From a virus (taxonomy: Duplodnaviria > Caudoviricetes), in IMG/VR virus record IMGVR_UViG_3300031993_000008, positions 1-64,000 of that record: DNA of 64,000 nt; one strand, written 5' to 3'. The notes beneath the pieces were generated by a model. It was not told where the DNA came from and searched no databases. It was given only the letters and a program-made list of their open reading frames with translations. Positions 38,380 through 48,979 of the stretch are shown here, in pieces; position 1 is the first letter of the stretch, and each line of letters begins with the position of its first letter. The position numbers and the translations under genes were made by a program.

Positions 38380-40389
38380 TTAATATCTTCTCATCCTTCT
38401 CTGGATTACTTCAGACATTGCCTTGAGTCTTTCTTCAGAAACTACGTTTTCATTAACAGGTGTAGGTTGTGCTACTACTGCCTCATCAACTTTCTGAAGT
38501 TCAATCTGCTTGTCTCTGAAATCTCTGGTATTCCAGAAATAAACTGCACTTGCTTCATTGTTGATTACAAACATCTTTGACTCTGCAAGAATCTCCTGTT
38601 TTCTCTCATCTGAAAGTTTTGACCATCTCTCATTGAGTCTTTCAGGAAGATAGTTGATAAGTGTGAAGTTTGCTGCTTCAACATTCTTCTTTGACTCTTC
38701 AAGTGCCTTTGCCTCTGCAGCCTTTTCCTCTGCATATGCAGCCCTTGCTGTTGCAAGGATAGCATCAAGTTTCTCTGAAAGTTCTGTCTGATACTTCTTT
38801 GCATCAAACTTCTCTTCCTCAACTGTAGCAACTGGTTCAGCGGGAGTCTCTTCTGTTGTGTTGTTCTCATTGACTGGAGTTTCAACAGTTGCAGGTTCCT
38901 CAGCAGGAGTCTCTTCAGTTGTTGTATTATTCTCATTAACAGGAGTCTCAACTGTAGCAGGTTCTGTTGCTGGTTCAGCAGGAGTCTCGACAGGAGTCTC
39001 ATCCTTCTTTTCCTCAACAAGATTCAAACCACCCTTATTGAGTTCCTCAACAATGTAATCCTGATGTTCGATAATCTGGTTCATCTTCTCTGCAAGATAA
39101 TCATTATGGGCAATTGACTTATTCTGTTCCTCAGCAAGCATATTTGAATAATCAATAGACTTGTCAAGCATTTCAGCAACATAGTTCTGATATGAGATTG
39201 TGTCATTGATATTCTCTGCAAGATAATCCTGATGAGCAACCATCTGGTTCATCTTCTCTGCAAGATAATCATTGTAACCAACAATCTTGTTCATGCTCTC
39301 TGCAAGGTAGTTGTTATGTTCAATAACCTTGTTTGTCTCATCAGCGATATAATCCTGATGAATGATAGACTTATCAAGAGTCTCTGCAAGATATTTGGTA
39401 TAACTCTTAAGGTTGTTGAATGATTCTTCAGTTGCGGCAACCTTTGCCTCAAGTTCAGCCACTTTCTGATTACCTCCAACCTGTGCAGCACCATCACCAG
39501 TAATTCTGGCAACTTCCTTGGCAACAAGGTCAGCAATCTGTGAGTTATCAATTTTTGCAGGATCAAAAGTCTGGGTTGGAGTCTCACCACCCTTCTCCTT
39601 ATAACTGATCAACTCATCCTTGATATTTGAAATGGCAGACTGAAGTTCACCTACAATCTCTGACAGGTGTTCACTGTATTTCTGGAAATCAGAATACTGT
39701 ATGAATTTGTTGTCTTCCATATTTGTGTCTTTTAATGTATCCTCATTCCTTTGAGCCTGTGGTGCTGCTTGGTCAACAGTCTTGGTTACCTGGGGATCAA
39801 GGTTGGTGTTTGCATCTTCAGAGATGTCATAGATGTCAATTGAGTCATCATCACCAAATCCATAAGACTCATTAACCCTCTTGAGTTGGGCATTGGCAAA
39901 GCCAGGATCTGCAACAAGGTCATAAGTAAAAAGTTGCTGAAGCTTTACATGTCCAGATTCATCAACTGTTCCGGCAGCCCTTGATGAGATATTCAAAGGA
40001 ATACCATCCTTTACAAGTGCCTGTGCTTCCTTACCAGCAGTGGTGTTAAGGAGTCTAATCTTACCCACAATTGCATTTTGCTGTGGGTCAAATTCAAGAC
40101 TTTCAACAACATGAGAAACATTTCCAAGTGAAATCTCAAATCCATGTGGATGATCCAACTCACCAAGAAGTCTCTTACTTTCAATCTGTTCCCTCAATGC
40201 TTCTACATGTGGAAGGAAGTCAGCAGACTCATAGATTCTGCCGTTACGGTTTTTGGTATTGAAAGATGTGAAAAGTCCAGTTAATACAATAGAATCGCTG
40301 TGTTCATTATTTTCATTCAGTACCTGCTCAACTGAATAATTGAGTGTGGCATTAGAGCGTTCTACTATCAATAGTTTCTTCTCTTTCAT
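38380..40389 (-). CDS. gp21: Prohead protease (gp21-like) fused to scaffold/core region
   Basis: NRNGRIY, LGELDHP, ISSRAAG, TYDLVADPGF; long coiled-coil C-terminus; CATAAATA at 40423-40430. Confidence 0.9.
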   Translation of the reverse strand: MKEKKLLIVERSNATLNYSVEQVLNENNEHSDSIVLTGLFTSFNTKNRNGRIYESADFLPHVEALREQIESKRLLGELDHPHGFEISLGNVSHVVESLEFDPQQNAIVGKIRLLNTTAGKEAQALVKDGIPLNISSRAAGTVDESGHVKLQQLFTYDLVADPGFANAQLKRVNESYGFGDDDSIDIYDISEDANTNLDPQVTKTVDQAAPQAQRNEDTLKDTNMEDNKFIQYSDFQKYSEHLSEIVGELQSAISNIKDELISYKEKGGETPTQTFDPAKIDNSQIADLVAKEVARITGDGAAQVGGNQKVAELEAKVAATEESFNNLKSYTKYLAETLDKSIIHQDYIADETNKVIEHNNYLAESMNKIVGYNDYLAEKMNQMVAHQDYLAENINDTISYQNYVAEMLDKSIDYSNMLAEEQNKSIAHNDYLAEKMNQIIEHQDYIVEELNKGGLNLVEEKKDETPVETPAEPATEPATVETPVNENNTTTEETPAEEPATVETPVNENNTTEETPAEPVATVEEEKFDAKKYQTELSEKLDAILATARAAYAEEKAAEAKALEESKKNVEAANFTLINYLPERLNERWSKLSDERKQEILAESKMFVINNEASAVYFWNTRDFRDKQIELQKVDEAVVAQPTPVNENVVSEERLKAMSEVIQRRMRRY

Positions 40390-40451
40390 TTTAAATGAAT
40401 TTTCTTGTATAGTTTTATATGTTATTTATGAAAAATAAAATTTACTATTTT

Positions 40452-42173
40452 TTAAAGACCTGACAATGGATTACCTCCACCACCATTTTCATTATTTTCT
40501 TCAGCTTCTTCGTTTTCTTTTGCCTTTTTCTTATCCGGTTCAAAATCAGATTTTGGGGCACCGTCAAGAATTTTTGCTATATCTTCCTGCTTATATCCCT
40601 CCTTCTTGAGTTTCTTCTCATCCTTGTATCTCTGGTTGAGTTGGAGTTTCTCATCACTCAATCCAAGGAACTCACGGACCATAAAGTCAAGGTCAAAATA
40701 AGGCTTGTCATTACCCTCATCATCAGTTTCTACAATAGAACCCATAATAGATGAGATGAAGTCTGCCTTCTTCTGGAGAAGTTCAATCTCCTTGTTTTCC
40801 TCAAATACTGAATCCTTATTATAATCAAGACCAAGATTGACACGGAAGTTCATATCTGTCATAATGTTCTTGTGTTTCAAGCACATCTGGAGATATGTAG
40901 GTTTGATGAGGATTTCAGCAAAGATTGCTCTCAATCTTCCGATAAACTTACTGAACCTGATTTCCTCACGGGCAATACCTTCAGCACTCATTGTATACTG
41001 ACCTTCACCCTGTTCCTTCTCAAACCTGGTAAAAGGAATCTTTGATGCCTGACGGAGTTTATCCCTGAAGTATCTCAAGGTCTCTGTATCTGAAATTTCA
41101 GGACCGTCACCACCGAGGTTCTGGATTTGTGGAGTCTCACCACCTTCAGATGCCATAAAGATGTCCTTATAGAACTGAAGCATTGGCCTACCATTAGTCT
41201 TAATCTCACCTGAATCCCAATCGAAGTCCACAAGTTCCTTATAGTTTGCCATTGCCTGGGCCAGAGTCTGCCTACCTCTTGGTGACTGCACTGAACCGAC
41301 AGGAATGATATACTGTGTCTTATATGAAGCATTGGTGACAGCCCATATGATACGGGTTGCCTCCATTGTCCTCAGGATATTAAATGACCTGATAAGTCTT
41401 TCAACATAAGAAATTCTGGAAACTGTATCTGCCTTTGCATAAGAAAGGTAGATAATCTGGGAATCATAAAGAATCCTGTCCTGTGTGGTCTGACCGTTTA
41501 TACCAACCCTCTGGTTGACAAACCAGATTTTTTCATTGGTGGCTGGGTCAATACCTGGGGTAAGACAGGCAGGATCCAATTCAACAAAACCAATAATCTC
41601 TGTTTGGTCTGTGTTGTAAACAATTTCAAAAGCAAGGAAACCGTCAATCAACCATTTTCTGAAATAGTCAGTTGCCTGGACGGTATCATAGAATCCAAAA
41701 TAGTTATATAACTTATTGTATTCCTCTGAAAATTCATCAAGGATTGCCTGGTCTGCCTTGTAGTTGAGTTTGATGTTTGCGAATTTGTTCGCACCATCAA
41801 ACACAATACTCTCCTCACATATAATGTCAAGGATTTCCTCAACCTCATCCTGGAGAGCAAACCTTCTCAACTGTTCCTTTTTCTTCTGGTAATTCTCTTC
41901 TGAAAGATGAAAATATCCTTTTGACAAAGATGGATCTGTTGCAGACATCCTTGCAAAAAGGACTTGAATGTTTTCATCATTAAGAGAACCAACCTGTCCG
42001 GTTGTAGGATTGACCTGCAGGTTCTGTGTCTGCAATTCCATATCCATAGAACGGACATTCTTGATAACATCATCCTTGTAGTTCATTCCGAAACTGGACA
42101 AACTACGAAGCATCCTTGTTACAGGATTAGGGTTACTTGATGAATTTCTATTTGTATTAGTAAAACCAGCCAT
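40452..42173 (-). CDS. gp20: Portal protein (T4 gp20-like)
   Basis: FRKWLIDG, I..L.GG, YF..KL..AS.IP..R, I.REE.RFSKFI.RLR; CATAAATA at 42214-42221. Confidence 0.92.
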   Translation of the reverse strand: MAGFTNTNRNSSSNPNPVTRMLRSLSSFGMNYKDDVIKNVRSMDMELQTQNLQVNPTTGQVGSLNDENIQVLFARMSATDPSLSKGYFHLSEENYQKKKEQLRRFALQDEVEEILDIICEESIVFDGANKFANIKLNYKADQAILDEFSEEYNKLYNYFGFYDTVQATDYFRKWLIDGFLAFEIVYNTDQTEIIGFVELDPACLTPGIDPATNEKIWFVNQRVGINGQTTQDRILYDSQIIYLSYAKADTVSRISYVERLIRSFNILRTMEATRIIWAVTNASYKTQYIIPVGSVQSPRGRQTLAQAMANYKELVDFDWDSGEIKTNGRPMLQFYKDIFMASEGGETPQIQNLGGDGPEISDTETLRYFRDKLRQASKIPFTRFEKEQGEGQYTMSAEGIAREEIRFSKFIGRLRAIFAEILIKPTYLQMCLKHKNIMTDMNFRVNLGLDYNKDSVFEENKEIELLQKKADFISSIMGSIVETDDEGNDKPYFDLDFMVREFLGLSDEKLQLNQRYKDEKKLKKEGYKQEDIAKILDGAPKSDFEPDKKKAKENEEAEENNENGGGGNPLSGL

Positions 42174-42255
42174 AAAAGTCTGTATTTAAATAATTAAACA
42201 ATTCTATACTATATATTTATGTGAAAAAGAAAATGAGAGGTTTTAAACCCCTCAT

Positions 42256-44691
42256 TTATGATTCTGTATATACACTATATGAATCTGTTCTAAGCCATGC
42301 ATATTGAGAACCAGATCCAGAATAATTTGGTAATTCTATTGCTATAAGTCTCATACATTGAAATGTTCCAACACCACTATTAGTATTACCTCCAACATAA
42401 CCATTATCATTATTGGCTGGACGTATTACCATTGCATTTGTTGGGGGGGTTCCAGTAGTATAATAATCAACCCCATTATGTCCTACACTTATTGTTTTTT
42501 TGGGAATAAAATTCAAAACATTTAATTCCATTCCTACCATATCTGCGGTTATACTTGGAGTTCTAACATCAAATATAAGACCCACACCAGAAGGTACAGG
42601 TGGTATATATGTTATTTCTACATTTTTTTTAATTTTATTAAGATCTATTACATAATATGGTTCTCCATTTCTTTCACCAATTTGAGTTGCATATTCCTGC
42701 CAATTACTTGATGTTATTTTAAAATATCTATTAATAACTCCAGATACATTTGCTTTTTCAGCATAAAATGTACCATCCTCATATACCCTGAATGGAGCAG
42801 ATGCTGTATCAGCACTTCCGGCGAAGAATCTCAAATCATTTCCACTTGTGGAACCACCCATCATACCGGCAGTAACATTATTACTTGAATCAGCAGCAAA
42901 TACATTTCCTGTCAAAACAAGACCCCCACTTATAGCAGTTTTACCAAATGCCCTGGTCAACCATCCATCTGAATATGATGCAACACTTGAAAGGTCTGAT
43001 TTTGTAGCATAATTACTTAAAGCATATCCCAAAGCAGTTGATGTGGTATAATTACTCAATGCAGTAGTTAATGTTGAGGTATTAATATAACCAGCAACAC
43101 TACCAGCACTTTGAACAAGACTATTAAATTGTGATGTAGCAGAAGAGTTGGGTGCGATTGTCAATGATGTCGCTTCAATTGTACCTGTAATATGAGCATT
43201 TGTAGCATAAAAAGAACCATCCTCATATACTCTGAATGGTGCAGAACCTCTACTACTTAAATTACTACTTCCAGCAAAAATCCTCAAATCATTTCCACTT
43301 GTGTTTCCACCCATTATACCGGCAGTAATATAACTACTTGCATCAGCCACAAATACATTTCCTGTCAAAACAAGACCACTATTCATATTTACCTTACTCA
43401 ATGCACTTGTCAACCATGTATCATCATATTCATCCGGAACTTCTGATTTTTTTGCATAAGTACTCAATGTATTGTTTAAAGTGGATGTTGTAGTATAATT
43501 ACTCAATGCAGAATTGGTAATAAAACCTGTATCATTGGAAAGGTCACTTATTTTTTCAGGTATTTCTGATTTTTCTGCCCAGGTGGTACCACCTGCTGAC
43601 AATACAAGACTATTAAATGTTGATTCTGCTGATGAATTTGGTGCAATTGTCAATGATGTTGCTGTAATGGCACCATTGATGGAAACATTACCATTTGAAT
43701 CAATATTGAAGTTTGATGATGTTATTTCAAACTTTCCACCACTTTTTATCTTCAAATCACCACCACTTTCAATATTAAAACCACCACCACTCTTGATGTT
43801 TACATTTCCACCACTATTAATACTCAAATCATGATTGGCAGATATATTGATATGATCAGCATTGAGTTTGACTTCAGAACCTTCTGAATTTGCTTGAGCA
43901 ATTATAGCAGCAGAAATTTTCTTTCCTTCATCATTTGTAACTTGTGTCACAATATCCAACTGTGCCATATCTTCAGCAACCTTTGTTGAAAATCCAACAA
44001 GTTCTGTTGAAACAGTTTTGAATACAGACTCACATAATGTCATAAATCCTTTCAAAACATTGGGGTCTGACAAACCTGCACCATTTGGATCAAATTGAGA
44101 TTTTTCAAAAGGAGTCAAAGAATTGTAATATTCCTTCAAATTCTTATATTCTGACCTTTCTCCATTTACATAAACAAAATATTCATTTCCAGAATATTCT
44201 ACAGTATAAAACTTGCTGTTTGCTGTAATTATGTTTGATTCTGCCTGATTTTCTTGAGCATTTGATTTATAATCATTAAATGTTGTAGATACTACATATC
44301 CCTCTAATTTCTCATTAACAGCAGATGTTTTGGCATAGTCATTCATTGCTGCACCAAACTCCTGTCCAGCCAATGCCCTGATTGCAAGACCAACCTCACT
44401 GTCTAAATTAGAAATGGCATTTGCAATCTGCCCCTGGATATTATCCATATTTGGTAAATTATCAAACTTATCATCAACACTTTCAATAGCCCTTCTCATT
44501 TCAATACCATCCAATTGAAACAGATTTTGGATGGCATCTATTTTATCTTCTATCTGTTTAGTATATCTCTGCCACCTAAGATCATTCTGTTCATCAACTT
44601 CAGAAAGTGTATTGAAATTGTGATTGATTTTAGACATTGATTCAGAAATAAGGTCTGAACCTTTTATTTCAATGATTGAGTCTTTAGCCAT
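42256..44691 (-). CDS. Tail fibre/spike-like protein
   Basis: LNADHINI segment, duplicated LRxFAG...APFRVYEDG unit, divergent AT-rich C-terminus. Confidence 0.7.
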   Translation of the reverse strand: MAKDSIIEIKGSDLISESMSKINHNFNTLSEVDEQNDLRWQRYTKQIEDKIDAIQNLFQLDGIEMRRAIESVDDKFDNLPNMDNIQGQIANAISNLDSEVGLAIRALAGQEFGAAMNDYAKTSAVNEKLEGYVVSTTFNDYKSNAQENQAESNIITANSKFYTVEYSGNEYFVYVNGERSEYKNLKEYYNSLTPFEKSQFDPNGAGLSDPNVLKGFMTLCESVFKTVSTELVGFSTKVAEDMAQLDIVTQVTNDEGKKISAAIIAQANSEGSEVKLNADHINISANHDLSINSGGNVNIKSGGGFNIESGGDLKIKSGGKFEITSSNFNIDSNGNVSINGAITATSLTIAPNSSAESTFNSLVLSAGGTTWAEKSEIPEKISDLSNDTGFITNSALSNYTTTSTLNNTLSTYAKKSEVPDEYDDTWLTSALSKVNMNSGLVLTGNVFVADASSYITAGIMGGNTSGNDLRIFAGSSNLSSRGSAPFRVYEDGSFYATNAHITGTIEATSLTIAPNSSATSQFNSLVQSAGSVAGYINTSTLTTALSNYTTSTALGYALSNYATKSDLSSVASYSDGWLTRAFGKTAISGGLVLTGNVFAADSSNNVTAGMMGGSTSGNDLRFFAGSADTASAPFRVYEDGTFYAEKANVSGVINRYFKITSSNWQEYATQIGERNGEPYYVIDLNKIKKNVEITYIPPVPSGVGLIFDVRTPSITADMVGMELNVLNFIPKKTISVGHNGVDYYTTGTPPTNAMVIRPANNDNGYVGGNTNSGVGTFQCMRLIAIELPNYSGSGSQYAWLRTDSYSVYTES

Positions 44692-44710
44692 AATCAGTCA
44701 GTTGGTTTTG

Positions 44711-44926
44711 TTATTTATTGAGTTGGTCAAACATTTGTGTATATTCTGCTCTCAAAGCATTAAGTGCTAACCTGAAATCTTCTTTTATTTTTCTAATTTC
44801 TGCATCTTTTTTAGAAATGGCAGTCTCTAACTCACCAATTTTTTTGATAAGTTCATCAATATTACCATTATATATATCTGGAAAATCCTTTATATTGGTA
44901 TCATTTTCAATCTTTGTAAATGCCAT
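44711..44926 (-). CDS. Small coiled-coil late protein
   Basis: In late operon; N-terminus resembles that of the fibre gene. Confidence 0.55.
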   Translation of the reverse strand: MAFTKIENDTNIKDFPDIYNGNIDELIKKIGELETAISKKDAEIRKIKEDFRLALNALRAEYTQMFDQLNK

Positions 44927-44938
44927 AACCTTTCAATT

Positions 44939-45232
44939 TTAGTTCTTATATCCTATATATGCTGCCACAGCAGTTGTGAACAACCTACTGTTGAACAAGT
45001 CATAGAGAAGACCACTGGTAATACCCAATGCCTTACATATTGCCCTTCCAATTATGGGACCAACTGCTGCACCGGTGATACCACCTACAACAGATCCGAG
45101 GATTCCTTCATCAACCTCCTCACCATTCTTTATCTTTTCAGCAATTGTTTCAACCGCCTCATTTATCATCTGTTCCTCTGATTCATTCAACTGGACATCT
45201 CCATTGAAATAATCTTCATATTTCTTAATCAT
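44939..45232 (-). CDS. Late protein: acidic pro-region plus glycine-zipper hydrophobic domain
   Basis: IKKYEDYF..LNES..INEA..VDE/GILGSVVGGITGAAVG; CATAAATA at 45258-45265. Confidence 0.65.
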   Translation of the reverse strand: MIKKYEDYFNGDVQLNESEEQMINEAVETIAEKIKNGEEVDEGILGSVVGGITGAAVGPIIGRAICKALGITSGLLYDLFNSRLFTTAVAAYIGYKN

Positions 45233-45323
45233 ATAACCTTATAGATATAATATATAGTATTTATGACAAATAAAAAGAGAGGGTAGTTTCCTACTCTCTC
45301 TTTTCCTGTATATTAGGTTTTGA

Positions 45324-48185
45324 TTACTCATCAAATCCACCAGCTGCAATAGCACCAGTCTTGAGGATTGTGAGTCTCTGAGCGATAATCTCAAGACCAC
45401 GAACGATTTCAACATAAATGTCAATGACACCCATATTGTGGTCGATAACCTCAGGAGTATTGTTTGATGTATCCATTACAGTTCTGAAGTCATAGAGACC
45501 TCCATTGTCCTTCATTGTTTTGAGGAAGTCATCAACAAGAGTCTTGATTTCAAGTCTTGTCTCTGGAGTATTGAACTCAAATACATACTTCTTCAAGATA
45601 CTCTCAACACCATCCTGGATGTAGATAGCAGCCTCACGTACATGTGCTGATGAAAGTGCTGAAACAGGAGTCTGTTTTGCAGTCTTGTTTGCATATACCT
45701 CAACACCAATACCTGGTTCCCAAATAATTGAGTTGATACCCATTGGTTCAAGCCAATCTCTGTTGTCAGAGATAAGTGTTGCCTCAACACCTACAACCTG
45801 GTTACCAGAAATGACACCTCTCTTCTGACCGGCAACAATTGACCATGCAAATCCTCTGTTGTACTTCTGCATATAGAGGTTAGAAACATATGCTGCTGGT
45901 GGTACAGACTTGGCTGCACTGAGATCTGTGATTCTCAAATATGGGTAGTAGTAAGCACCCCAAGAAGCACCATTCTCAATCTTTGGAAGAGTGAACAGGA
46001 ATGAAGGATTCTTTGAAAGGTCACCACCCTTTGCTATGAACTCAACTTCTACACCACCTGTCTTATTGGTGAATGAAGGATCAAGACTCTTCTTGAAATC
46101 AAGCTGTGAAGGACAGTTGATGATAGCAAAAGCACTCTTTCTTGCCTTACACAACTGGGTATAAACCTTCTTACACTCCTCTTCAATACCAAGACCAAAT
46201 GTATCAACAAGGTATCTGAACTGGATGTAATCACGGTCAATAAGTGCCTTGAACAGATGTGATGTGGTTGATGGGAATTCAGGATTCTCACGGAGCATAT
46301 CAAGAATCTCATTCTGTCTCTTGTTTGAACCATCAGGCATTGCATCCTTTCTTACCTGGAAACCTCCAAGTGATATCCACTGGAATCTGTCAGCAATCTT
46401 ATCAATAGGAGTAACCTTGATGATTACCTTATCTTCAGTTGATCCTGCAGTCTTGTGAATCTTATCAGCACAAACTACAAGGATACCAGATTTCTTACCA
46501 TTGCTATAAACATTCTTTACTTCAACAACCTTTGTTATTCTTGAATGTCTGTCTTGATTATCATCCTCATCTGTGTCTGAAAGAAGGTAATCACCAACAA
46601 CTACATTAGCAGTCTTATCAAGGATAACTTCATTATCCCTTTCAATGTATGCATTTTCAGAATTTGCATCCAAATAATATGGACCATCATTTTCTGACTT
46701 AAATGCATATTCTGATATCAAAGGTTTAACATCCTTTACAATTTCAGTTACTGTTCCTGTTCCAATAGTTGAACCAACAGTAAGATATGTAGAATCTGTA
46801 TAAACAATGTCTTCATTTGTAGGATCTTCAGGTACTTCACCATTTGCATCCAATTTTACCCAAGCAAATGGGGTACTTGATTCTACAGAATCACCTTCAG
46901 CATATCTTTCATATACATAAGAATCAGTTTCAACCTTTACTTTTACCTGCTGATTTTCTTCCTCATATTCAAATACATAACTCAAGAAATCAAATGTCTT
47001 TGATTTAGGAATATTTACCTCACTGTCAGAACCAATAACATCATCACATATACTGTGACCAACAAGGTCAATCTTCTCATCAATAAAATTATCATCATAA
47101 TCTACTTTTTCAAGAAGTTCAACATTCTCTGTACAAAGAAGACCTACTGTATCAACATCATCATTGATGAGTTTCTGGATCCAGATATTCTTACCAAGTT
47201 TGTCAACAAAGTTAGGAATCAATGAACCAACATACTTTGCACGAACATCAACTGATGGGAGGTTCAGGAACTTAACAAGATTTGCATCATTCTCACCTCT
47301 GATGAAACCATTCTCATCAAAGTATGACTGATAAACAATATCTGATGAGAATCTCTTATATGGGTTAGTTGCAACAGTGTACATTTTAATCTCATCAAGA
47401 TTTCCATTAAAGTTGTCATCATCCAAATCAAGACCTGAAACAACAGTGTCATATGGTTCATTTCCATCTGCTGATGAAAGTGCTGGACCGAAGTCACCAC
47501 CTACAACATAAACCTCAACAAGGTAATCACTTACATATGAAGTACCATTGAGATATTCAGGTACATTACCTTCACCATACCATTCATTAAGAGTAAGGTT
47601 GTAATTCTTTGAATAGTAATCACTTGCCTTCTTAATCAATACTGAAACAGGTTTCTTACCAACATTGGTAATGTGAAGGACACCTGCATTCCAATCTACA
47701 TCCTCACTAGTACCAACATTAGCACCACCAAGAATCTTCTCAACAGCATCAAGATATGCCTCATCACTTGTATACCAGAACTTATCTGTGTTGTAAAGTG
47801 ACTGTAATGGAAGAGTTACAGATTTCTTGTTAACCTCACCTGAACTAATTGAGAATGATTTCTCAACAACTTGATCCAGGTCTGGATCAAGATTCAAGAG
47901 ATTCAAACAAAGAATTGGACCGGCACTCAAAGCAACCAATGCACTTCTGTGGAAAAATGAACCCTTCTTTTCAAGAGAGCGATCAATATTTCCATACAGC
48001 TTGATGAACTGGGCTGGAGAAGTCACCAATTTAACTGTATTGAATGGACCTGTCTTGCTAAAACCTACAACCAATCTAACATTAGAAATAGCTGTAATAC
48101 TGTTATTTGAAAGTTCAGACTTATCTCTCTCAAAACGATAAGCACCTGCTGATTTCAAATTAATCAATTCTGCATCTAAAGCCAT
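45324..48185 (-). CDS. gp18: Tail sheath protein (T4 gp18-like)
   Basis: SAGAYRFERD, VGFS..GPFN, AGQKRG, FEFNT..TR, MDTSNNTPEVID; CATAAATA at 48214-48221. Confidence 0.92.
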   Translation of the reverse strand: MALDAELINLKSAGAYRFERDKSELSNNSITAISNVRLVVGFSKTGPFNTVKLVTSPAQFIKLYGNIDRSLEKKGSFFHRSALVALSAGPILCLNLLNLDPDLDQVVEKSFSISSGEVNKKSVTLPLQSLYNTDKFWYTSDEAYLDAVEKILGGANVGTSEDVDWNAGVLHITNVGKKPVSVLIKKASDYYSKNYNLTLNEWYGEGNVPEYLNGTSYVSDYLVEVYVVGGDFGPALSSADGNEPYDTVVSGLDLDDDNFNGNLDEIKMYTVATNPYKRFSSDIVYQSYFDENGFIRGENDANLVKFLNLPSVDVRAKYVGSLIPNFVDKLGKNIWIQKLINDDVDTVGLLCTENVELLEKVDYDDNFIDEKIDLVGHSICDDVIGSDSEVNIPKSKTFDFLSYVFEYEEENQQVKVKVETDSYVYERYAEGDSVESSTPFAWVKLDANGEVPEDPTNEDIVYTDSTYLTVGSTIGTGTVTEIVKDVKPLISEYAFKSENDGPYYLDANSENAYIERDNEVILDKTANVVVGDYLLSDTDEDDNQDRHSRITKVVEVKNVYSNGKKSGILVVCADKIHKTAGSTEDKVIIKVTPIDKIADRFQWISLGGFQVRKDAMPDGSNKRQNEILDMLRENPEFPSTTSHLFKALIDRDYIQFRYLVDTFGLGIEEECKKVYTQLCKARKSAFAIINCPSQLDFKKSLDPSFTNKTGGVEVEFIAKGGDLSKNPSFLFTLPKIENGASWGAYYYPYLRITDLSAAKSVPPAAYVSNLYMQKYNRGFAWSIVAGQKRGVISGNQVVGVEATLISDNRDWLEPMGINSIIWEPGIGVEVYANKTAKQTPVSALSSAHVREAAIYIQDGVESILKKYVFEFNTPETRLEIKTLVDDFLKTMKDNGGLYDFRTVMDTSNNTPEVIDHNMGVIDIYVEIVRGLEIIAQRLTILKTGAIAAGGFDE

Positions 48186-48329
48186 AATATTTACTTTTTA
48201 TTGTATTATAAGTTATTTATGTAAAAACATTTTTGGTCTTGGGTATCCCAATTCCACATTTATACTTTCATAAATAATGTATGTGGAGGCGGAGTCTCCA
48301 CTACATAAAAATAAAATAACAACAAGAAT

Positions 48330-48914
48330 ATGGCACTTAGTCACTTTAACAATTCACATGCCGCAAGGAATAAGTGGGAAGTTGTAAACCCAGCGTTGTT
48401 TGAAGCTTCATTTATGCTTCCAGACCTTGATGGTGAAACAGACAATCTGACAACCACATTCCTTCTTGAACACATACGTTCAATTTCAGGTCTTGATGGT
48501 GTAACACCTCCAATGGGTACTGTGATCCAGAAGTACAAACAGGCTGAAAGAGTTTATCTCGGAACTCCTGAACAGACACACCTTGAATTACAGGTAGTAT
48601 TCTCTTTGAACTTAAATGATGCAAATGAGAACTACATCTACACAACTCTCCGTAAGTGGTACAACAAGTCATTCAACCCTGCAAATGGACAGTATGGTCT
48701 CAAGAAAGATTATTCAGGTTCAATGGTTGTTGTTGAATACAACCGTGATGGTTCAATCTGGAGAAAAATCAATTGTCTGGATGTAATTCCTACCCAACCA
48801 ACAGGTCTTAATGATGACAACTACGACAATGGTAATGAAGCAAAGGAAATTTCCATAACATTCTTTGTGGATAACTGGAAGGAAGAAACTGTTGGACTTC
48901 CTGTTTACGAGTAA
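48330..48914 (+). CDS. gp19: Tail tube protein (T4 gp19-like)
   Basis: LRKW......GLKKDY, YNRDG, P.....D motifs; CATAAATA at 48269-48276. Confidence 0.8.
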   Translation: MALSHFNNSHAARNKWEVVNPALFEASFMLPDLDGETDNLTTTFLLEHIRSISGLDGVTPPMGTVIQKYKQAERVYLGTPEQTHLELQVVFSLNLNDANENYIYTTLRKWYNKSFNPANGQYGLKKDYSGSMVVVEYNRDGSIWRKINCLDVIPTQPTGLNDDNYDNGNEAKEISITFFVDNWKEETVGLPVYE

Positions 48915-48979
48915 ATCTGAAAGAGTGGGAGTTCTTTCCCACTCTTTTTGTTTATTCCTATATATAATATTTTGTTTGT

